Origin: Microgenomates group bacterium RIFCSPHIGHO2_01_FULL_45_11
Lineage (GTDB): Bacteria > Patescibacteriota > Microgenomatia > UBA1400 > 2-01-FULL-45-11
Length of the DNA stretch: 47,304 bases
Assembly (NCBI GenBank): GCA_001803465.1
Contig: MHDE01000002.1
Span: forward strand, 1-47,304
Direction of reading: 5' to 3'
Made by a program: the position numbers and the translations under genes
Shown here: in pieces, positions 40,302 through 47,304 of the stretch
Numbering within the stretch: position 1 is the first letter of the stretch
How the letters are laid out: every line of letters begins with the position of its first letter
The notes under the pieces: generated by a model
Seen by the model: the letters and a program-made list of their open reading frames with translations, nothing else
The model's database searches: none
What the model was told of the DNA's origin: nothing

Positions 40302-40811
40302 CGTAAATGATTGATTTTATCAATCAACGTGGTAAACCGTTTAGATCACGAGGTAAGTCTTTATGTAAATGAAGGTTTACCCCGTGATCGCGAAGCGATT
40401 TTACGGGCACCTTAACAAGTCAAGATTTAGAGTGTGATCAGTAGACAGGTAAAACTTCACTACTTTCTTTTTTCTACTCACTACTCATTGTTTACTGTTC
40501 ATTACTCATTGTTTTTTATGTTCTGTAAGATTTCGTCGGAAGAGTCATTGAGCCGCGTTCAGTTTATGAACGTGGCGAAACCCCGTACTTGAGCCCGACT
40601 GCCGATGCGGCTGAATAAGCCGTTAGCGGCATGTCGAACGAATAGTACTGGGAAGGATTCAAAGTTATTTCGCTAAGGCAAGTAGTGGATGCCTTGGCAG
40701 AACGTGCCGAAGAAGGACGTACTAGGCCACGAAAGGCGTCGGGGAGTTGCCAAGAAACTGTGATCCGGCGGTGTCCGAATGGGGAAACCCCCGCCTGTGA
40801 AAGCAGGCGGA

Positions 40812-40955
40812 CTCGTGCATAGCACGAGGAATTTCTAATTGCTCTAATTTCTAATTTCTAATCAACAACAGGCAAGAATTTTAAATTGTGTTTGGGTGTT
40901 GATTAGGTCAATTAGGTTAATTAGTCATTAAGGAATTTCCCGTGCTGTGCACGGG
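40812..40955 (+). other. 23S H9/H10-region intervening hairpin
   Basis: CTCGTGC-ata-GCACGAG ... ctaatt repeats ... CCCGTGC-tgt-GCACGGG. Confidence 0.85.
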
Positions 40956-41086
40956 GGGGTACCCGGGGAACTGAAATATCTTAGTACCCGGAGGAAAAGA
41001 AAACGAATGAGATTCCCTTAGTAAGCGACGAGCGAAAAGGGAACAGCCTAAACCCCTCACTCTTTGTGTTCGATATACTATTAAGC

Positions 41087-41341
41087 ATGTTTTACTTATA
41101 TGTGCTCTTTTCTTCTTTAGGTAAGAAATTTTATATCGGTAGCACATCCGATCTGAGAAAGAGATACACCTCTCACCTTAAAGGAGAAAACTTTGCCACC
41201 AAAAACTTGAAAGATTGGAAATTGGTGTATTACGAAGCGCATCTTTCTCGTAAGCAAGCGTTTCACCGAGAGCAAAGTTTGAAGAAAAGAGCTCAGGCGT
41301 GGCGTGCATTAAAGAAGCGTATCATCGAAGATAAAGAGTGA
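41087..41341 (+). CDS. Small GIY-YIG nuclease inside 23S domain I (about E. coli 270)
   Basis: YLYVL...FYIGST.DL.KR...H...WKLVYYEA.....A..RE..LK; stem CCCCTCACTCTTT/AAAGAGTGAGGGG. Confidence 0.9.
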   Translation: MFYLYVLFSSLGKKFYIGSTSDLRKRYTSHLKGENFATKNLKDWKLVYYEAHLSRKQAFHREQSLKKRAQAWRALKKRIIEDKE

Positions 41342-41529
41342 GGGGGGTTACAGGACCCTAATGTGGGATAGTGAAGGATAGGATAACCAGCTGGAAAGCT
41401 GGGCCATAGACGGTGACAGCCCCGTGTCCGAAATCCAACATTGCCCTAGGGGTATCCTAAGTACTCTCGGAGACGGCAAACTCCGTTAGGAAGTTGGGGT
41501 GACCACACTCCAAGGCTAAATACACGTTC

Positions 41530-41570
<41 letters not shown>

Positions 41571-41628
41571 AAGGGTGGAAGACCCAGTGAAATAGTACCT
41601 GAAACTACTTGCTAACAAACAGTCAGAG

Positions 41629-41725
41629 CCACGCCACTTTGTTGTTGAATTGACATTTTGGAAGATGAACAAATCATATAATTTGTTTGCCTTCGGAATG
41701 TTTATTCGACGATAAAGTGGCGTGG
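41629..41725 (+). other. 23S H25 intervening hairpin
   Basis: CCACGCCACTTT...AAAGTGGCGTGG at the classical IVS site. Confidence 0.8.
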
Positions 41726-42338
41726 TGATGGCGTGCCTATTGAAGAATGAGCCGGCGAGTTAACGCCATATCCTTGTCTAAGGTACTTTGTACCGGAGGC
41801 GGAGTGAAAGCGAGCGTGAATAGCGCGTTTTTGGATATAGCGTTAGACCCGAAACCAGGCGAGCTAACTATGGCCAGGGTGAACCCCGAGGAAACTCGGG
41901 GAGAGGCCCGCACCGGTGTGCGTTGCAAGGCGCTCGGATGAGCTGTGGTTAGAGGTAATATGCCAATCGAGCCTGGAGATAGCTGGTTCTCCCCGAAACA
42001 TATCTTGGTATGGGCTTGCGTTAAGCTTGATGGGGGTAGAGCACTGGATGGTCCCGATGGGGAAACCCGTTGGGATCAATCAAACTCCGAATACCGTCAA
42101 GTGTTCCGCAGGACTCAGTCTACCGGGGCTAAGCTCGGTGGGCAAAAGGGAAACAACCCAGACCCTCGTCTAAGGTCTCTAACTCTTTGCTTAGTGGGAA
42201 AGGAAGTCATACTCCAAAAACACCCAGGAGGTCGGCTTAGAAGCAGCCATCCTTGAAAGAAAGCGTAACAGCTCACTGGCCGAGGAATATGGCGCCGAAG
42301 ATTTACGAGGCTTGAAGCAAAGGACCGAAGACAGGGAT

Positions 42339-42482
42339 CTTGTCCGAAGGACAAGAATGATGAATAAATACCAATGGCCAATAAGTACCAATAAATACAA
42401 ATGAATAATCAACGGTTGAATCATTCATCATTGGTGCTCATTGGTAGTATTTGACATTTGTCATTCTCGCCCTTCGGGCGAG
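42339..42482 (+). other. 23S H45 intervening hairpin
   Basis: CTTGTCC-gaa-GGACAAG ... ccaat/attgg repeats ... CTCGCCC-ttc-GGGCGAG. Confidence 0.85.
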
Positions 42483-42710
42483 GTGGTAGGGGAGCATCCC
42501 GAAGGCAGTGAAGGTGAGCTGTAAGGCTTGCTGGAGCGTTCGGGAGCGAGAATGCCGGCATAAGTAGCGAAAAGCTGGTGAGAATCCAGCTCGCCGTATA
42601 CCCAAGGTTTCCGAAGCAACGTTCGTCAGCTTCGGGTTAGGCGGCCCTAAGGTGAGCCCCGCTCTTTCTGTATCTCATTGTGAAAGAGGTATGATGATGT
42701 AGAGGAAGCT

Positions 42711-42971
42711 ATAAACTACGTCTATATACTTCTCCATCGCGTAAACGGAAGACATTACATTGGTTTTAGCTCTGATTTAAAGAGAAGGATTAAAGAACAC
42801 CAAGCGAAGAATAAATACTGGGAGTTGGTATATTACGAAGCTTATCGAGATGAAAAAGAAGCTAGTATCAGGGAAAGTAAACTAAAACAATATGGAAGTA
42901 GTTGGAAACAGCTTCGAAAAAGAATTAAAAAGAGTATGCGATTTGATGAGAGATGGAAAGAGCGGGGGTAG
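42711..42971 (+). CDS. Small GIY-YIG nuclease inside 23S H53 (ATA start or pseudogene; absent from the ORF track)
   Basis: Manual translation INYVYILLHRVNGRHYIGFSSDLKRRIKEHQ...WELVYYEAYRDEKEASIRESKLK...ERG*; stem CCCCGCTCTTTC/GAAAGAGCGGGG; in-frame TGA at 42681. Confidence 0.8.
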   Translation: MNYVYILLHRVNGRHYIGFSSDLKRRIKEHQAKNKYWELVYYEAYRDEKEASIRESKLKQYGSSWKQLRKRIKKSMRFDERWKERG

Positions 42972-43352
42972 CCGATGGATAACGGGTTAATATTCCCGTT
43001 CTTGGAGTAGTGCGTTATTGGTCTTGATCCGGCTTTGCCGGACCGAGGCTATCAGTTGGGGCAGGACGCAGTTTGCTAGCCTAAGCGTTTTATTGATTTA
43101 GCGTCTAAGCGATTAGATAGATACGGTAGGAAAATCCGCCGTGTCGTTTAACTCGAGTCGTGAATGAGATTCTGGTAGCAATACCGGGAGATTTGGGTGA
43201 CGTAAGCTGCCAAGAAAAGTGTCGCAACGAGCATTATTTCAAGCCGTACCAACAACCGACACAGGTGGGTGAGTCGAGTAGACTAAGGCGAGCGGGGGAA
43301 CCCCCCTTAAGGAATTCGGCAAATTATCTGGGCGTAAGTTCGCAAGATGCCC

Positions 43353-43452
43353 TTCCCGCCACATTAGGGACAAGAGTGTTTACATGATTTAGGTCTTAAA
43401 CCCTAAGGTTAGTGCCTATCAGTATTCATTCGTGTCTCCAATGTGGCGGGAG
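43353..43452 (+). other. 23S H63 extension
   Basis: TTCCCGCCACATT...AATGTGGCGGGAG. Confidence 0.65.
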
Positions 43453-43751
43453 ACACCAAAAGATTGTAGAGGGACTGTTTAACAAAAACACAGGTCTGTG
43501 CAAACTCGAAAGAGGAAGTATACGGGCTGAGGCCTGCCCAGTGCCGGAAGGTTAACTGAACGTGTGTCCGCCTTTGGTGGACGCATGTGATTGAAGCCCC
43601 GGTGAACGGCAGCAATAACTATAATTGTTCTAAGGTAGCGAAGTTCCTAGTCGCTTAATTAGCGACCTGCACGAAAGGCATAACCACTCTACAACTGTCT
43701 TGAGAGGGGGCCCGGCGAAATTGAAATGGCTGTGAAGATGCGGCCTACTGA

Positions 43752-43785
<34 letters not shown>

Positions 43786-43832
43786 CAACTTGGCATTGAT
43801 ATTTCAGTTGGAATCGTCGAGTATAGGCGGGA

Positions 43833-43929
43833 CCGCGCCACATTTTTGCTATTGAAGAATAATAATTGAGTATGATTTGAGACTTTCATCGCGAGTACTC
43901 ATTTCTTCGATGGCAGCAATGTGGCGTGG
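43833..43929 (+). other. 23S L1-stalk (H78) extension
   Basis: CCGCGCCACATT...AATGTGGCGTGG. Confidence 0.7.
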
Positions 43930-44375
43930 GTCAGTGGAATACCGCTCGTTCTGGCTAAAATGTCTCACCGACACTGTCTGGAAACGACAGTCGGGACCTT
44001 GTCTGGTGGGCAGTTTAACTGGGGAGGTTACTTGCTAAAGAGTAACGCAAGCGCGCAATGGTACCCTAACTGCGTAAAGAAATCGCAGTGATAGTGTAAT
44101 AGCATAAGGGTGCTTGACTGTGAGACTTACAAGTCGAGCAGGGGCGAAAGCCGGTTATAGTGATCCTCGTGTGCTTTGTGGAAGGCACCGGGCTTATCGG
44201 ATAAAAGTTACCCCGGGGATAACAGAGTAGTCGCACCTAAGCGTCCCTAGCGACGGTGCGGTTCGCTACCTCGATGTCGGCTCAGCGCATCCTGGGGGTG
44301 GAGAAGCTCCCAAGGGTCCGTCTGTTCGTCGGTTAAAGCGCTACGTGAGCTGGGTTCAGAACGTCGCGAGACAGT

Positions 44376-44971
44376 AGAAAATATTTTGATTTATAAATCA
44401 AAAAGCCTTGCTGTCTCAGCTGCAGAATAGATGTTCTGGACGTGATTATGAGCGACTCTGTTATAAAAATGCAGCTTTCCGATAAAATGTCGGAGAATAA
44501 ATCTGACTAAATGCTGGAAACTCTGAGTATCTTTTAGTACTATGGTTTTATGCCAAGTAAAAATCTAAAAGTGCAGACAATCAGCAGGAAAGGTTTGATT
44601 ATCTTAATAAACGCTTTGTTATCATTGTTGTTAATAATAATGTTATTAGGAAAAGTGGAGTGTGGAGGAGATTGTGTAATGGTATCCAAAGAATTGAAAT
44701 GTTATCCGATTAGATGTTACAGATTCCAGGTAATTTTAAGAAACATTTTTCAAAAAACCAGCTTCCCACTTACTCGATAATCATTCATCCTCAGAGACTA
44801 TACGTCAGATCCCACCTAGTTTTATGCGAAGTGGGGAAGATATAGTCCGATCTCATAGGTGACTATGAGTCTCGATAAAATCACATCGGGAGTAAAAACA
44901 GCTGTGAGTTCAATTTTCAATTTTTAAAATGTAATTTTGCATTTTGATTTTTGAACTTTGAATTTTAAATG
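44376..44971 (+). ncRNA. Group I intron in 23S after U2604 (E. coli numbering)
   Basis: Exons GAGACAGT|TCGGC; IGS GCTGTCTC forms P1 with U.G; P AATGCTGGAAA, Q AATCAGCAGG, R TCAGAGACTA, S AAGATATAGTCC, P3 ATCTGAC/GTCAGAT; terminal G. Confidence 0.92.
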
Positions 44972-45103
44972 TCGGCCTCTATCCGCTGTCAGCGTGGGAA
45001 TCTTGAGGGGAGTCGATCTCAGTACGAGAGGACCAGATTGAGCCAATCCCTAGTGCTCCTGTTGTTCCTATCAAGGGCATAGCAGGGTAGCTACATTGGT
45101 GTC

Positions 45104-45136
<33 letters not shown>

Positions 45137-45158
45137 GCTCCCAAGATAAGGATTCCGT

Positions 45159-45305
45159 TCGTGCGGAGCACGAGAAGCTCAAAGTTTAAAACGCAAAATT
45201 CAAAACTGCAACGCAAATCTTACCTGAATGCTTAATAGATTTTAGTTTTGAACTGTACTTTTGCGTTTTGAGATTTACCATTTGAGTTCCTCGCGCTCTG
45301 CGCGA
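45159..45305 (+). other. 23S H98 intervening hairpin
   Basis: TCGTGC-gga-GCACGA ... 7-mer repeats ... TCGCGC-tct-GCGCGA. Confidence 0.85.
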
Positions 45306-45416
45306 TGAAGACCCCTTGGAGACTACAAGGTTGATAGGCGGGCGGTGTAAGCCCTGTAAAGGGTTCAGCCTACCCGTACTAATCGGTCGAAGAATAACTT
45401 TGCATCCTGTTACTAG

Positions 45417-45460
45417 CTTGCCCTTCCGTAGTCCTGAGCTTGTCGAAGGACGAAGGAGGG
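45417..45460 (+). repeat. TGAG...CGAAGG palindromic element in the 23S-5S spacer
   Basis: cttgcccttccgtagtcctgagcttgtcgaaggacgaaggaggg, close to 38041-38084. Confidence 0.75.
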
Positions 45461-45553
45461 TCACTCGTAACTTAAAAATGGCTCTTCCGAGAAGATCTTA
45501 CAGAAAAAATAAATAGTTATCAGATAGTAGCTCAATTAACATAGAGCCCAGAA

Positions 45554-45671
45554 TTCCCGTTGTTGGAGCGGGGTGGCACTACCTCTTCCCATCCCGAACA
45601 GAGTCGTAAAACGCCCCAGCGGTGACGATAGTATTGGCACAAGCCAATGCGAAAATAGCTCACAGCGGGAA
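45554..45671 (+). rRNA. rrf: 5S rRNA
   Basis: TTCCCGTTG/CAGCGGGAA end stem, CCCATCCCGAAC, about 118 nt; flanking stem ATAGAGCCCAG/CTGGGCTCTAT. Confidence 0.92.
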
Positions 45672-45770
45672 TCCTGGGCTCTATTCCGAGCTTCGCGAGA
45701 AACATCGGCTGAGCCGAAGGCGAAGCGTAGATATTGCAAGAGATCAAATAAATAAAATCAAGCGAAACAT

Positions 45771-45802
45771 AAACCCACGGTAAAACCGCGGGTTTTTATT
45801 TT
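45771..45802 (+). terminator. Intrinsic terminator after 5S
   Basis: AAACCCACGGT-aaa-ACCGCGGGTTT followed by TTATTTT. Confidence 0.75.
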
Positions 45803-45884
45803 GCAAAAACTTTGCCAATATGTATGACTGGGAAACTCGAAGGTCATGATATAGTTTTCCACTACCGATCTCGGATCGGTAATC

Positions 45885-46637
45885 TCAAAACGATTCTGGA
45901 TCGGAATATTTCCGCAACTCGTTAATCTTTCTCAAACTCTCCTCGCAAAACTTGGTGGGGATAAGTCGCTCCGGCCGCCATCCCGACAATACCTCTACCG
46001 ACTCCGCCATCACGCAATCTTCATCCTCCACGTGTTCCAAACCCAACAGATGTCCGAACTCGTGTTTAATCGTTGATTCTTCAAGTATCTTTCTCACAGT
46101 CACGTTTTCTGAAAGTTCGTTAATTTGCTCCTTAAAAATAAAAATCTCGCGGCTAGTTAACACCACTCCGGAATTAGTCGGCACCGACCTCGAGCGGGGG
46201 ACATAGACAACATGAAGATAGGTTGAATCCTTCGCTCGGTAGTCGCGCATCAATCGCGATAACCTAATTAACTCCTGGTCGGTAAACGCTTCCCGGGTCG
46301 GTAGCTTCTTATCTTCTTCCAAAATTACCTCCACCTTCTTTCCGACCGTTTCCTGGATTAGGTCTTTCAACCATTGCTCAATCTCTGGCGCCGGTGGTGT
46401 CAACCGGTAGTAATCAACCTCCACCGTCACCGTATCACTAGTAGTTTCAACGTACTCATACCGGCTATCTCCCGGCCGATTCAAGAAAAAGACGGTTCGA
46501 GCCAATGGCCATTGAATTAGTGTCGGCCGCAGTAACTCATTGACAATATTCTCATTCGCCGCCACCCCCAACCAGTAAAGAAGCAGGGTATAGAGCAAAC
46601 CAATTAAAGCAAAAATAATCGTTAGTGCCTTGGACAT
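45885..46637 (-). CDS. Membrane-anchored metzincin (archaemetzincin/matrixin-like) protease
   Basis: HEFGHLLGLEH zinc motif, CVM Met-turn, N-terminal TM. Confidence 0.85.
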   Translation of the reverse strand: MSKALTIIFALIGLLYTLLLYWLGVAANENIVNELLRPTLIQWPLARTVFFLNRPGDSRYEYVETTSDTVTVEVDYYRLTPPAPEIEQWLKDLIQETVGKKVEVILEEDKKLPTREAFTDQELIRLSRLMRDYRAKDSTYLHVVYVPRSRSVPTNSGVVLTSREIFIFKEQINELSENVTVRKILEESTIKHEFGHLLGLEHVEDEDCVMAESVEVLSGWRPERLIPTKFCEESLRKINELRKYSDPESF

Positions 46638-46681
46638 TAACTCAATTCTACCGTAAAGTCCCTAAGTGATATAATTCCCCC

Positions 46682-47044
46682 ATGACCGTCACCGAATACA
46701 ACCCAGTGCAAAGGATAAAAGAGATTGTCGGTCAAAACGGAGGCAACCCGAATCAGATAGATGACTGGTTAAGAAAAATTACCATTGAAGGCCTCATTCC
46801 TATTCATGTCGAATTTTCTCCAGATGGTAACCCCATTATTGACCCTCTAAGTTCAGGTCTTAATTATGATCAATTGACGAAACTTAACCAGGAAATTAAA
46901 ACTCAGTTGGGTTTGAACCCTAATATTGCCAATGTCTTCATCATTGCCGTCAAGCCAGTCGGCGAGAACTTTGAAGGCGTAGCGCTAGGAATAGTAATCC
47001 CTCTTAAAGGGTCAGAAGAACCCGAAGACCATTGGTCGTTTTAA
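46682..47044 (+). CDS. Hypothetical protein
   Basis: 120 aa ORF; TATAAT 6 nt before ATG. Confidence 0.65.
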   Translation: MTVTEYNPVQRIKEIVGQNGGNPNQIDDWLRKITIEGLIPIHVEFSPDGNPIIDPLSSGLNYDQLTKLNQEIKTQLGLNPNIANVFIIAVKPVGENFEGVALGIVIPLKGSEEPEDHWSF

Positions 47045-47070
47045 CTTACTGAATTTGTTACAATATGGTT

Positions 47071-47304
47071 ATGTGGCCACGCGTCAAGCCACTCATTTCC
47101 CGCTTTGTCCTTTGGTCCATCAAAAACCACTGGTTGCTCCTCATCCTCGTCATCATCCTCCAATTCACCACTGGCAAAATCCTCTCCGGCGCTCTCGCAG
47201 TCAATCTCCCTCGCCCCACCGTCTTTGCCATCCATTCAACCCTAGGCCTTCTCATCTTCATCATCGCTATTCTCATGACCCTCGCCAAACTCTTCCTCTG
47301 GCTC
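47071..47304 (+). CDS. Cytochrome b561-like membrane protein, truncated by the window end
   Basis: Open frame MWPRVK...NHWLLLILVIILQFTTG...IHSTLGLLIF...; absent from the track because it has no stop. Confidence 0.6.
   Translation, partial: MWPRVKPLISRFVLWSIKNHWLLLILVIILQFTTGKILSGALAVNLPRPTVFAIHSTLGLLIFIIAILMTLAKLFLWL

Noticed and set aside
47041..47288. Minus-strand ORFs at the window end
   Set aside because: Antisense to an open plus-strand membrane protein frame starting at 47071

Overview
Chromosomal segment of a probable Patescibacteria/CPR bacterium (Microgenomates-like 16S, many small orphan ORFs, many GT-C membrane glycosyltransferases, frequent leaderless genes). The left 30 kb holds an envelope/glycan-tailoring cluster (GT-C, GT2, radical SAM, methyltransferase, carbamoyltransferase, SxtJ-like, RmlD-like), a GAF histidine kinase, a LeuA-like synthase with a LeuD-LeuC fusion, a divergent YrdC-like protein, a four-gene ATP-grasp/RimK cluster, mnmA and small orphans. 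The right 17 kb is a split rRNA locus (16S - about 7.4 kb of protein genes with tRNA-Ile and tRNA-Ala - 23S - 5S). It is heavily colonised: three small GIY-YIG genes at hairpin tips, a group I intron at 23S position 2604, about eight non-coding helix insertions and two tRNA relics. Several short palindromic element families and locus-specific degenerate 7-9 nt repeats recur through the window, including in-frame inside mnmA. The strongest candidate for an undescribed system is this GIY-YIG/hairpin mobile-element ecology. A protein gene whose mRNA is built like an rRNA precursor and the ATP-grasp cluster are also notable. All calls are by eye; no searches or folding programs were run, and rRNA helix numbers come from manual comparison with remembered E. 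coli landmarks.
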